A stretch of 64,000 nt of DNA from a virus. Position 1 is the stretch's first letter, and each line of letters starts with the position of its first letter. Positions 9,990 through 19,738 of the stretch are shown piece by piece. The notes beneath the pieces are model-generated. The model was given only the letters and a program-made list of their open reading frames with translations, was not told the origin of the DNA and searched no databases. The stretch lies in IMG/VR virus record IMGVR_UViG_3300042534_000747; one strand, written 5' to 3'. The position numbers were made by a program, and so were the translations under genes.

Positions 9990-10406
9990 ATGTATGATTT
10001 AGATGATGTAACACATATAGTTGATAAGTGTTTTAATTGTAAAACATTTTTTGTAAAAGGTAATATAATTTGGGAATCAATTATTGATAGAATGGGTAGA
10101 AAAGAAAAAGTTTTTGAAGAACCTTTTCGAGAAGATAATGAATGGGGAAGTATATATTTTTGCAATAAATGTAATGATAAACATTTGAATTTAGTTGGTG
10201 ATAAAGGAGATAAAGCAGTATGTAATTTGAACAATGATATTGATTGTGTGCAATGTTTTGAATGTGGTGAATTTATCACAGATTGTATAAAAAAGAACAA
10301 TATAGGTGTTTTGAAATTTGAAAAAGGATATATAGGTAATAGAGATGAACCTTCTGAAGATGGTTATATTTATTTTATTTGCATGAATTGCTTTGAAGCA
10401 ATTTAA
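9990..10406 (+). CDS. Multi-CxxC Zn-binding hypothetical protein
   Basis: CFNC, CNKC, CVQCFECG, CMNC. Confidence 0.75.
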   Translation: MYDLDDVTHIVDKCFNCKTFFVKGNIIWESIIDRMGRKEKVFEEPFREDNEWGSIYFCNKCNDKHLNLVGDKGDKAVCNLNNDIDCVQCFECGEFITDCIKKNNIGVLKFEKGYIGNRDEPSEDGYIYFICMNCFEAI

Positions 10407-10424
10407 TTCTTTTTTTAACAAACA

Positions 10425-10473
10425 TTTATATATGATTAATGTCTACATATGTATTGTAGGTGTAATTAATATG
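10425..10473 (+). promoter_or_regulatory. Class-I intergenic repeat
   Basis: TTTATATA 10425, TTGTAGG 10454. Confidence 0.85.
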
Positions 10474-10629
10474 TCAAAAAATCTTGTTGAACATTGTTTT
10501 GAATATAATGGTGAATTGGAAAGAGTTTTTTATGCAGGTGATTTGTGTAATTATTGTCATAATTGTCAAATATGGATACATATTAGGGCTTTGACTGAAG
10601 AAGAAAAAAAGTATGAATTTTGTGTATGA
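10471..10629 (+). CDS. Small Cys-containing hypothetical protein
   Basis: 52 aa from the ATG behind the class-I repeat; CNYCHNC. Confidence 0.7.
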   Translation: MSKNLVEHCFEYNGELERVFYAGDLCNYCHNCQIWIHIRALTEEEKKYEFCV

Positions 10630-10642
10630 ATAGGTGATTTAA

Positions 10643-11326
10643 ATGTATACTGAAGAAGAAATTGAAACATTAATTACAAGAGAAGCAATTAAAGATTATT
10701 TTTCAAAAGAAGGGAAAATGATTGTTTATTCTGATACTTCACATGTTATTGTAAATGATGATGAAGGCATTTTGGAAGAAAAGGAAATTGTAGGTATTAT
10801 TAATTGTTTTAAATTGAATGAAGAAAGCATTGTGAATGCTTGTGATATAGGTGATGATGTTTCACCAGAGGTTGCATTTATAACTCAAAAATTGTACAAT
10901 TATCAGCTTAATCAAAAAAATGCAATGGATTTATCTGAAAATTATTTGGATATGTGTTCATATGCATGTGATGAATTTCAAGATTATTGGAATATTGAAA
11001 TTGGTGATTATTGCCTTGATACAGGTGATATTTTGCTCATTGATTCAGATGAAAGAAAAGATTATGCAGAAGAATATGAATCTACATGGATTCCCAAACA
11101 AGACCAATTAATTAATATTGTGATGAATGAATGTAAAACGGATTGGTTTGGTGCTATTGGAATTGTTAGAGATTGGGTAGTGAATCCATCAAAGAAAGTT
11201 AAGAAGGCATATCCTAATATTTCTAAAAATAGAGGATTTGAAACTTTTGAACAAACAATAATGGCTTGTATCATGGAAATGTTTTTTGGCAAAATTTGGG
11301 TAAATGGAAATTGGAAGGATGTGTAA
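10643..11326 (+). CDS. Hypothetical protein
   Basis: 227 aa; C-terminal WIPKQDQL...FEQ...KIW motif. Confidence 0.8.
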   Translation: MYTEEEIETLITREAIKDYFSKEGKMIVYSDTSHVIVNDDEGILEEKEIVGIINCFKLNEESIVNACDIGDDVSPEVAFITQKLYNYQLNQKNAMDLSENYLDMCSYACDEFQDYWNIEIGDYCLDTGDILLIDSDERKDYAEEYESTWIPKQDQLINIVMNECKTDWFGAIGIVRDWVVNPSKKVKKAYPNISKNRGFETFEQTIMACIMEMFFGKIWVNGNWKDV

Positions 11327-11617
11327 TTGATGGAATGGGAAGAAGAAATTTATTTCATTAAGGATAATATTGTTAGAAAATATAGTTTTGTTGCAGTACA
11401 TAGCAATGAACATTATGCTATTTATATGGGTGGTGGATGTGGTAATTATCCAATAAGAGTTTATCAGGATAAAACAGGAATGTATTCTACTGAAGAAATG
11501 GGTAAAGCTTATTTCAATGAAATTGATGCAATTGATTTTGCTATAGATGTACTTGAAAGAAGATTGGAAAGAATGAAGGAAAGAAAAGAAATTTATTTAA
11601 CTGAAAATCATGTTTAA
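11327..11617 (+). CDS. Hypothetical protein
   Basis: 96 aa in gene array. Confidence 0.7.
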   Translation: MMEWEEEIYFIKDNIVRKYSFVAVHSNEHYAIYMGGGCGNYPIRVYQDKTGMYSTEEMGKAYFNEIDAIDFAIDVLERRLERMKERKEIYLTENHV

Positions 11618-13052
11618 AATTATTGATGAAAATATAGATAATATAATTGGTAAAAAATATTATCTTTGTAAAATTAATTTGTTTGAATTAATTACAATTG
11701 TAAAAAATAAAATGGTAGATATAGACATTTCATCATTTAATCGTGATTTTTTAGATTTTAATGTGAATGATTATTATGAAACAGATAATGAAACACCTGA
11801 AAATAAAAAAATCAGAATTGAAGCAGAAAATAATGTAAAAAGATATAATGGAATTACTTTAACAAGTCCATATATAGATGATGGATATACAAGAGAAAGA
11901 ATAAATTATTTTAGTAATAAAAGTAAAAGCATAGAAAATGAATCAGAACATGGTTTTATTTTTAATTATGCAATTGAAAATAATTTTATATCTCTTTATT
12001 CAGAATCATTCAATGATGGGAAATTAGAAGGATATTTTTATTTATTGGATGGATATAGAAGATTACTATTTGATTTTAATACAATTGAAAAAAATATTGA
12101 TAAAGATGTGTATGTAAAAATCTATACTAATACTACTGAACAAGATATTATGGAATTGATGTTTGGGTTTAATATTTGGAAAATTCCACAAGGAATACAT
12201 GTTTGGTTTGATAGAGGATGGAGATTATTCATTTTTATGCATACTGGTATTTATTTAAGTCAGCAGCATTTTTATTTGTTAGATGAATATGTTGGTAGAG
12301 AATATATTAATTATAAAACATATGATGCACAAGAAAAAATAATTACATCTAAACAATTTTATAATGATATAAAGATTATTGATTATTTAGTTAATTGTGA
12401 AAAAATGCATCATTCAAAAGGTAAATATTTTAATTATGAATTTATTGAAAAATTAGGAAAGATAAGATTAAATGGCAATGAAAATTATTTAAATGTTGAA
12501 GATTGGATTCATTTTTTAGATTTAAAATATGAAGATGTTGATAAGATTAAAAGCATGACTGTTCACGGACATTATAATAAGAGAATTATATTGCTAGTGA
12601 ATGAATTCTTTGATATGTGGAAAAATCCAGAACTTATTGAAGAAATGAATACTGAAAAACCTAAATCAGTATCAAAAACGGTAATTGAAGATTTTTATTG
12701 GAATATTCCATCTTATGTAAGAAATGAACATACGATATCAATTATAAATGATGAATGTTTATATATTGATTGTGTAAATTATTATTATGAAAATAATAAA
12801 TTATATCAATATTCTACTTATAATAAATATAGTAACAAATACAGAGTATATTTAATATTTGATAAGTATAAAGTAATTAGTTATGATAAGGTTTATTATA
12901 TAATTAACAAAGATATGAAAATTAATTATGTAGATTTAGTATTTCATGATAATTATGTATTTAAAGGCTCAAAGGAAGAATTAATTATTAAAATTAAAGA
13001 AAATACTGGAAAGACATGGAAACCTAATACAAGATTGACTGAATTTTTATAA
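11610..13052 (+). CDS. ParB/Srx-superfamily (DGQHR/DndB-like) domain protein
   Basis: YLLDGYRRL followed by VYVKIY...MELMFGFNIWK. Confidence 0.55.
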   Translation: MFKIIDENIDNIIGKKYYLCKINLFELITIVKNKMVDIDISSFNRDFLDFNVNDYYETDNETPENKKIRIEAENNVKRYNGITLTSPYIDDGYTRERINYFSNKSKSIENESEHGFIFNYAIENNFISLYSESFNDGKLEGYFYLLDGYRRLLFDFNTIEKNIDKDVYVKIYTNTTEQDIMELMFGFNIWKIPQGIHVWFDRGWRLFIFMHTGIYLSQQHFYLLDEYVGREYINYKTYDAQEKIITSKQFYNDIKIIDYLVNCEKMHHSKGKYFNYEFIEKLGKIRLNGNENYLNVEDWIHFLDLKYEDVDKIKSMTVHGHYNKRIILLVNEFFDMWKNPELIEEMNTEKPKSVSKTVIEDFYWNIPSYVRNEHTISIINDECLYIDCVNYYYENNKLYQYSTYNKYSNKYRVYLIFDKYKVISYDKVYYIINKDMKINYVDLVFHDNYVFKGSKEELIIKIKENTGKTWKPNTRLTEFL

Positions 13053-13063
13053 AGGTGATATAA

Positions 13064-13309
13064 ATGATAAGTTTTGATAATTTGTTTAATGGATGTGAAC
13101 CTGATGAAAAAGGTATATTTGATTGTGTAATTACTCAATTAACAGCAGAATCAAAAAATAAACCTGCTAGAATGACTATTAAAATACCTAAAGAAATATG
13201 TACAGATAATTTGAAAGATTTCAATAAATTTGAAGAAGATTATATTTTGACAATTGTTTGTATAAAAAAATCTGCAATTAATAGATTAACTATTAATGAT
13301 AAAGATTAA
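13064..13309 (+). CDS. Hypothetical protein
   Basis: 81 aa, AGGTGA RBS. Confidence 0.75.
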   Translation: MISFDNLFNGCEPDEKGIFDCVITQLTAESKNKPARMTIKIPKEICTDNLKDFNKFEEDYILTIVCIKKSAINRLTINDKD

Positions 13310-13335
13310 CCACCATCTTCTTTTTTTGAGATATA

Positions 13336-13382
13336 TTTATATACTTTGAATGCCTTGTATTGTCTTGTAGGTAATTAAAATG
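13336..13382 (+). promoter_or_regulatory. Class-I intergenic repeat
   Basis: TTTATATA 13336, TTGTA-N5-TTGTAGG 13365. Confidence 0.85.
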
Positions 13383-13733
13383 ATAAAAATAGAAACTCTT
13401 GGAAATCAGATAATGATGAACGGTGACTTTCTTTTTGATGTTGAAAAACATGTTGTGAATTTAGCAGGTATTAATATGTCTGTTGAAACTGATGAATTTG
13501 CAATTATTCCTTTGCCAAAATATGCACAGGATGAAATTAAAGGCTTGTTATATGATGATGCAATGCCTAATGAACTTAGTAGAGTAGAATCTATTATTAC
13601 AATTCTTGGCAATGAATTTCAGGATGTAGAAGGGGAAATAAAGATAATGTCAAATGGCATTCCTTATAGTATTATGCTATGTTTAGAAACAAATCTTAGA
13701 ATGCATAATTTTAAATTGGTATCTGTTAGTTAA
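13380..13733 (+). CDS. Hypothetical protein
   Basis: 117 aa behind class-I repeat. Confidence 0.8.
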   Translation: MIKIETLGNQIMMNGDFLFDVEKHVVNLAGINMSVETDEFAIIPLPKYAQDEIKGLLYDDAMPNELSRVESIITILGNEFQDVEGEIKIMSNGIPYSIMLCLETNLRMHNFKLVSVS

Positions 13734-13741
13734 GGGATTAT

Positions 13742-13954
13742 ATGTGTGAAAATTGTAATGACGAAGAAGATTTATATCAAAAAATAATAGATGTTGGAGT
13801 TATAGATTTAAGAATCAATCCATGTGAAAATGATTATTTTAAGGTAATTAATTGCACTTGGACTGATTATGTATTTGATTATGGTGGTTTTGGTGAGATA
13901 AAAGTTTTATGTAAAATATGTAATGAAATTAAAAATATTGATATAAGTGCTTAA
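13742..13954 (+). CDS. Small Zn-ribbon-like protein
   Basis: CENC...CKIC. Confidence 0.7.
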   Translation: MCENCNDEEDLYQKIIDVGVIDLRINPCENDYFKVINCTWTDYVFDYGGFGEIKVLCKICNEIKNIDISA

Positions 13955-13969
13955 AGTGGGTAAGATAAA

Positions 13970-14401
13970 ATGCATGATAGATATTTAGCAAGAGTTGATT
14001 CAAAACATTTCAATATTATGGATTTGATTGAATATATTGATGAAAATCAAATTAAATATGTTCATTTTGAAGTTGATGATATTGTAAAATCTGAATTGAT
14101 TGAATCTATTTTGCTAAGAATTTCAATAGGTGTATTTTATTTTGATATGAGAAATAATTGTGTTCTTGAAACATTTGATGGTAAAAAAAGAATTTCAGTA
14201 ATTCATGATTTTGTAAATGATAAATTTAAGTTGAATGGTATGAAATTTTTCCCTGAATTGAATGAATTATCATATAGTGAAATTCAGAGAGGTATACAAA
14301 GACGAATTGATGAGTATATGATTAATTATGAACTTATTGATATAGAAGTTCCAGAAGATATGAAGGAAATAATTAAGCAAAGAATGATAACTAAATTATA
14401 G
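13970..14401 (+). CDS. Truncated DUF262 (GmrSD N-terminal, ParB-like) domain protein
   Basis: SELIESILLRISIGVFYF...ETFDGKKRI...FVNDKFKL...ELNELSYSEI; N-terminal PxYQR motif absent. Confidence 0.7.
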   Translation: MHDRYLARVDSKHFNIMDLIEYIDENQIKYVHFEVDDIVKSELIESILLRISIGVFYFDMRNNCVLETFDGKKRISVIHDFVNDKFKLNGMKFFPELNELSYSEIQRGIQRRIDEYMINYELIDIEVPEDMKEIIKQRMITKL

Positions 14402-14429
14402 ATAAGATTAAATAAAAAAGTGATTTATA

Positions 14430-14906
14430 ATGTCTTATATAAAATATGGTAGACGTTGGTTTATAACTCGACATGAAGCAGAAAAATACAATGAAAATGG
14501 AAAAAAGTTATATTTTGATAATGGAGAAATGGCATATTGTTTTATTAACAATGATGGTTCTTTTTGGAGAATTGATAATGAACTATTGACCAATAATAAA
14601 ATTTATGAACAGTATAAAATGTCAATTTCTGCTTGTTCACAATGTCGATTGGATATTGCTACATTTGAAATTGAACATATGATTCAAAAATTGAATAAAC
14701 TTATTATAAATATAAAATATGTTCATGAATATGAACAATTGGATTCATTAACTGAATATAAAAATGAAATTTATAAAACTGTAATCCCATATTATGAAAT
14801 TCTTTCTTATTTAAGAAAAAATAGATTTAATGTTCCAATAATTCAAGAAGAAGAAAATTATGGAATTAAAAATCGTGTAAAAGCATTTTTAAAAAAATAT
14901 AACTAA
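14430..14906 (+). CDS. Hypothetical protein
   Basis: 158 aa ORF. Confidence 0.75.
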   Translation: MSYIKYGRRWFITRHEAEKYNENGKKLYFDNGEMAYCFINNDGSFWRIDNELLTNNKIYEQYKMSISACSQCRLDIATFEIEHMIQKLNKLIINIKYVHEYEQLDSLTEYKNEIYKTVIPYYEILSYLRKNRFNVPIIQEEENYGIKNRVKAFLKKYN

Positions 14907-14934
14907 TATTTTTCAATTCCTTTTTTTAGATACT

Positions 14935-14982
14935 TATTTATAGTTTGTATGCATTGTATATGATTGTAGGTGTATTAAAATG
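14935..14982 (+). promoter_or_regulatory. Class-I intergenic repeat
   Basis: TATTTATA 14935, TTGTA-N5-TTGTAGG 14964. Confidence 0.8.
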
Positions 14983-15159
14983 AATATATATGATAAAATT
15001 GAAAAAATGTCTGATAATGATTTGTTGATTGTTTGGAATGGTCTTTTTCATGAATCATGGAATTGTGATACTATGTATGATGATGAATTTTCTATGGATG
15101 ATTGGGCACAAGGAATTTACAGTGAATTGAATAATCGTGAAATTGAATATAGGACATAA
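14980..15159 (+). CDS. Small acidic hypothetical protein (not in ORF track)
   Basis: 59 aa MNIYDKIEK...EIEYRT directly behind class-I repeat. Confidence 0.75.
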   Translation: MNIYDKIEKMSDNDLLIVWNGLFHESWNCDTMYDDEFSMDDWAQGIYSELNNREIEYRT

Positions 15160-15170
15160 AGGTGAACATA

Positions 15171-15545
15171 ATGATGATTAATGGATTTGAATTTATTGTT
15201 GAAGATGATATTTTAAATCTTACGTCAATGCTTGCTACAAAAGAGCAGCAGGAATTATGTGTTGTTGATTTAGATGATATTAGTAGGAGTCAAATAAGGG
15301 AATATATGACTTTCTATGAGATGCCTGATAATGAAGAAATTGAAAAAAGGGCATGGTATATTGTAAGAATTCTAAATGATTTGTGTGAAAGTGAAGATAG
15401 AAAGATTATGGTGTTAGTTGATTGTCCTCTTTGGTTTATGGAAACTTTCAAGAAATGGTTAATTAGTTATGATTTTATACCAATGTGTGAAGTTTATGGT
15501 ATAGTAGAAAATGAATGGGAATTTATGGGATTTAAGGAAGTGTAA
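15171..15545 (+). CDS. Viral hypothetical protein (ILNLT...ATxEQ motif)
   Basis: ATG after AGGTGA RBS. Confidence 0.75.
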   Translation: MMINGFEFIVEDDILNLTSMLATKEQQELCVVDLDDISRSQIREYMTFYEMPDNEEIEKRAWYIVRILNDLCESEDRKIMVLVDCPLWFMETFKKWLISYDFIPMCEVYGIVENEWEFMGFKEV

Positions 15546-15548
15546 AGA

Positions 15549-16190
15549 TTGAATTTTAATAATATTTTAATTGATGAACATAAGGCAATTAAATTATTAT
15601 TAGATAAATCTAAATTAACAGAATTATGCATTAAAAGAATAAATGACAAAAAGGAGATAAAAATAAAATTTTATAATCAATATAGTAGGTATCATTCAAT
15701 TGAATTTTTTGAAAATAAAGTAAATGTATGTTTTATAAATGGGAAAAATAAAAAAATTTTTATACCCTTAATAATTGAAGAAATATTAATTGAAGGTCAA
15801 TCTTGGAAATTTTATTTAGATTATTTAAAAAATAAAAATAGTTTTTATCTTAAATATTTATTTGATTTGAAATCTAAATATAGTATAGTAATGTCATTTA
15901 AAATGGAAAAGGGAATAATTCATGAGAAAACAAAAAAATGTGCAATATGTTATATTGAATTAAAAACATTAAATACTAGTTATGATAAATTATATTGTAA
16001 AGATTGTATTAAACAAGTAAATTTAGAAAAAAGAGTAAATATGATATATATAAATCGTGATTCAGATATACATCCAAATAGTTCATTATGTAAGATATTG
16101 AAAACACATAAAGATGAATTTCATGATGACCCTGAAAGATTGACTACTGGAGATATGATGAGAATTATATATGGTGATGAAGATGAATAA
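15549..16190 (+). CDS. Hypothetical protein with CxxC...CxxC Zn finger
   Basis: CAIC...CKDC. Confidence 0.7.
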   Translation: MNFNNILIDEHKAIKLLLDKSKLTELCIKRINDKKEIKIKFYNQYSRYHSIEFFENKVNVCFINGKNKKIFIPLIIEEILIEGQSWKFYLDYLKNKNSFYLKYLFDLKSKYSIVMSFKMEKGIIHEKTKKCAICYIELKTLNTSYDKLYCKDCIKQVNLEKRVNMIYINRDSDIHPNSSLCKILKTHKDEFHDDPERLTTGDMMRIIYGDEDE

Positions 16191-16470
16191 TGTTTGGAAA
16201 GATAAACTTTATATTTTTTTTCATGGTAAAATAACTGAATTTTATAAAGTGAATATAGTTGAAAATCAAACAGCTATATATAAAAATGAAAATGGTTTAA
16301 AATTATGTGTTAAGTATGATAATTATGGATATCATGCAGTGGGTTTTAAATATGTATTTATTTCATCTGAAAAAAATGATGTTATTGATAAAGTAACAAA
16401 TTATTGTGAAATGGAAATTAAGAATCTTGAATTGTATATTGAAAAAATAAAATGTTTGAAAGATATTTGA
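16171..16470 (+). CDS. Hypothetical protein
   Basis: ORF ending convergently with 16471..16767; probable start 16183. Confidence 0.7.
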   Translation: MVMKMNNVWKDKLYIFFHGKITEFYKVNIVENQTAIYKNENGLKLCVKYDNYGYHAVGFKYVFISSEKNDVIDKVTNYCEMEIKNLELYIEKIKCLKDI

Positions 16471-16767
16471 TTATTTCTTTTTTGCATTTTTATATTCAGT
16501 CATTAATTCATTTTCTAATTCAGACATTAATTTTTTTAGTTTTTGTTTTACAAGTTTATTTACAAGCACTGTATCAGTTTCTTTTATATAAGGGCAGTGT
16601 TTTAAAACTGATTTTGTATTAAATTTATTATAATTAACTGAAATTGAATGGAATAATTGATGAGCTAAAAAATCACTATTTTCTTCTTTATATTTTCTAT
16701 CAAATTCCTTCAATTTTGCTTTACGTTCATCTTCATATGATTGTAATTCAGGTGCATTGTATTTCAT
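16471..16767 (-). CDS. Basic hypothetical protein
   Basis: 98 aa behind a class-II repeat. Confidence 0.7.
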   Translation of the reverse strand: MKYNAPELQSYEDERKAKLKEFDRKYKEENSDFLAHQLFHSISVNYNKFNTKSVLKHCPYIKETDTVLVNKLVKQKLKKLMSELENELMTEYKNAKKK

Positions 16768-16796
16768 ATTATCTGAATAGTAATTTGTTTAAGAGC

Positions 16797-16837
16797 ATAT
16801 AAAGTTTTTTAGAATTAGTGGGAGTTAAAAAAGAAAA
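16797..16837 (-). repeat. Class-II intergenic repeat (terminator plus promoter), copy 1
   Basis: 27-bp core AGAATTAGTGGGAGTTAAAAAAGAAAA identical to 59361-59387; next to TATA (CTTTATAT on minus strand). Confidence 0.85.
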
Positions 16838-16859
16838 GAAGAAAAAGTTTAAAAAATAA

Positions 16860-19658
16860 TTAGCGGATAGGGCAAGCTCCGCCTTCACATCCACTTTCTA
16901 ATAATTCATAGTCTACATTTTCTACTTCATATTTTGAAATTAATGAAGGGTCAAAAGGTTTCATGTTAGCAAGTCTTTCTTCATATTCTTCTTTAGTTAT
17001 TGATTCATACGGTTGGAGTGGATAGAATGAATCATCAAGTGATAAGAAAGATATTGCCACTACATCATCCCAATTATCCCATACCCATTGTTCAACTAAT
17101 TCCCATTCATTTTCACGTACATGAACAGTGATTGAAGTGTTATGTTGCACATAGTTTTCCATGAACATTTTATAGTTTTCAAGCTGTTGGAGTGCAGATA
17201 CATCATATTTTGTAATACCTTCAGGTGCTTTGACAGGGAATTCTATAACTTTAGTTGTGCAATTTTCTTCTGTTTGTCCTGTTTCTGCAAATATAGGATA
17301 TTCCAAATCTTCACAAACACGACATAGAGGGTCATGAGATGCTATTCTTACACGTCTGATGTAATATGGACTATGTGAATAGTGGACTCCTGATGATACC
17401 AGTGGTAGAAGTGACAGAGAACCTTCAGGTTTGACCGTAGTGACTAGTTTAGGTTGTGGTAGACCTAACTTATCAGCGTAATTATTTGCGGAGTCTGAAG
17501 CAGCTTTATTTAGGCTTTTCAAAAGTTTCTTTTCTTCTTCTCTAGATAGGTTGAGAGCATTGACTATGTCCTGCCATCCAGTGAGTGAACATCCTGTGAG
17601 TTTATCTCTATGTAGAATTTCATTCCATTCAGGCATTTCCATTTCAACACAAGTCATTCTATAGCCCATTTTAGCAGACAATCTTTGAGCATTAAGTAAT
17701 CCTTCAATGTCAAGCTTGCCATCTTTTACAAAAGCCATTATATTGACAGTTGTGAGGTTACATGTTCCCTTATTGTCAAGAAGGATTTCACCACATGGGT
17801 TACATCCATTTGCATCATATCTTCTTTTTCTTGCAGCTTCAAGATTCATGAATGCAGGTTCACCAGAATAACGCATAGTCTTTATGTGCCAATTCCACTT
17901 TTCTCTAGTTGGTTTTGATTCATAGATAATTGTGTTATTTGACATTCTTCTATGAGATATTTCATCATTAATTACAAAATCATTACCTTGTTGAATATAG
18001 AGATTTGTTTTTGCATTAATACATTCTTCATCATCTGAATCAATGAGCACTATTTCTGATGTATTATGGGTTAAAATTCCTTCACATATGAAACAATGAT
18101 TATTTTCAACTGATATATCATAAGTTTCTTCTATTTCACCTGTATAAACAACTTCTTTTACAGTGATAGGAATTAATTTTTGAATTATATCAATTGATTT
18201 AATATAATTAGATAATTCTAAATTTTTAACATCTTTTGCATCAGGAATTGATACTAATCTATCATCAGGTTTAATATCCTTTGCCATTTTCCATTCATAC
18301 TTATCAATGTCTGTCATTATTGCCATTCTATGTTTATCAGTACATCTAAATTTACCAAATTGATGTTTTATAGTGACAATTTCTTGTTTACCTTGATATA
18401 CAAAATCAATAACATTTTGGTATCCATCGTCTGTAAGTACTTGCATACCTGTTTTAACATTCTCTATTGGAATCAAACCATCTTTGGTATGAACCATACT
18501 ACCTTCAGGTAAACATCTTCTTACTCCACCGCTTACTACATTTTCACCTATGATGTTAGCAATATCCATGCAGTTGATAGGTTTGAGTTTAAATGTTGTT
18601 GAATCTGCAACAATAGATGCTTTTTTAATTATTTTGTTGATTTTAACAAACATTGTTTTTAGGGATTCATGACCTGATGCAGTTCCACCAAACTTCTTTA
18701 ATTTCATACCTTTTGGTCTTACAAAATCATAATTCATTCTGATGGTTTTTATGTTCTTATATTCAGGTTTAGTAATTAAATCAAAATATGTTTGTAGAGC
18801 TTCAGACCAACCTTCTTTTGAATCTCCAATTGTGATTAAGACCATATCATTAGATTTAAAATCAATTGATGTGTTGTCACATTTGTTTTCAATTGTGTAT
18901 GTATAATCTTCATGAATTAATTCATGATTATAACGTACTTTAGGCAATCTTATAACATCTGATTTTAGGATTCTAATGCCTACTCCTGAACCTACCATAA
19001 GCAGATAGAAAAGTTCAATGAAATCACTGAATTTATTTATTATTTGAAAAGCACAATTATAATTAGACATAGGGTATTCATTTGCTACTGAAGTTCCACC
19101 TACCCATAGGGTTCTACCTGATGGAAATTGCCTAAGATTGAAGATATTGTCAAATATTTTTTCAGCTTCATCTTTTGTTGTGGGTGCAAGTGAACAATTA
19201 TATTCTACTGCCCTACGAATTGTTTCATACCATGTTTCCCTTCTACCTTTTTCTTGAATGAATCTGGAATATGTTCTGTAGTAAATGAATTTACCTAATT
19301 CAGATTCCATCGGCAAAGGTAAATGTTTGTATTTTGAAATGAATTCATCAGTGAGCAGTTGATTTTTTACAGGTTTACAGCATGTTCTTTCTTTAGCTCT
19401 TTCATCTCTATATCTCATGTATCTTCTTGCAGTTTCGATAAGGTTGTTTGCAAGGAGTTCTTTTTCAACCATATTTTGAATTTCTTCAACATCTACAATT
19501 TCTGTATCAATAGTTTCTTCAATCTTTTTTGCAATATCATATGCAATAGTAGTAGTAAATTTTTCAGATGATGTAGATTTAGCTAACATTATTACAGCAA
19601 TAATTTTTAAACCATCAAATTCAACTAATCTACCATCACGTTTTTTAATCATAGACAT
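16860..19658 (-). CDS. nrdJ: Class II (AdoCbl-dependent) ribonucleotide reductase, monomeric RTPR type, with ATP cone and intein
   Basis: ATP cone (IKKRDGRLVEFD), FPSGRTLW, NPCGEI, TTVKPEGSLSLL, C-terminal CEGGACPIR. Confidence 0.95.
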   Translation of the reverse strand: MSMIKKRDGRLVEFDGLKIIAVIMLAKSTSSEKFTTTIAYDIAKKIEETIDTEIVDVEEIQNMVEKELLANNLIETARRYMRYRDERAKERTCCKPVKNQLLTDEFISKYKHLPLPMESELGKFIYYRTYSRFIQEKGRRETWYETIRRAVEYNCSLAPTTKDEAEKIFDNIFNLRQFPSGRTLWVGGTSVANEYPMSNYNCAFQIINKFSDFIELFYLLMVGSGVGIRILKSDVIRLPKVRYNHELIHEDYTYTIENKCDNTSIDFKSNDMVLITIGDSKEGWSEALQTYFDLITKPEYKNIKTIRMNYDFVRPKGMKLKKFGGTASGHESLKTMFVKINKIIKKASIVADSTTFKLKPINCMDIANIIGENVVSGGVRRCLPEGSMVHTKDGLIPIENVKTGMQVLTDDGYQNVIDFVYQGKQEIVTIKHQFGKFRCTDKHRMAIMTDIDKYEWKMAKDIKPDDRLVSIPDAKDVKNLELSNYIKSIDIIQKLIPITVKEVVYTGEIEETYDISVENNHCFICEGILTHNTSEIVLIDSDDEECINAKTNLYIQQGNDFVINDEISHRRMSNNTIIYESKPTREKWNWHIKTMRYSGEPAFMNLEAARKRRYDANGCNPCGEILLDNKGTCNLTTVNIMAFVKDGKLDIEGLLNAQRLSAKMGYRMTCVEMEMPEWNEILHRDKLTGCSLTGWQDIVNALNLSREEEKKLLKSLNKAASDSANNYADKLGLPQPKLVTTVKPEGSLSLLPLVSSGVHYSHSPYYIRRVRIASHDPLCRVCEDLEYPIFAETGQTEENCTTKVIEFPVKAPEGITKYDVSALQQLENYKMFMENYVQHNTSITVHVRENEWELVEQWVWDNWDDVVAISFLSLDDSFYPLQPYESITKEEYEERLANMKPFDPSLISKYEVENVDYELLESGCEGGACPIR
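18063..18515 (-). mobile_element. 151-aa mini-intein in NrdJ (no homing endonuclease)
   Basis: GGVRR|CLPEGSMV...block B CTDKHR...YDISVENNHCFICEGILTHN|T. Confidence 0.93.
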
Positions 19659-19738
19659 TTTTTTACTCCATTAAAATTAGAACAAGTCAATTGATGTAAT
19701 GCAATATATATAAATGTATTGTAAAAATAGAAAGAGTA

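Noticed and set aside
15171-15545. Resemblance of the LNLT...T.EQ N-terminus to Csx15-like ring nucleases
   Set aside because: Similarity is a few residues recalled from memory; needs HHpred or structure comparison
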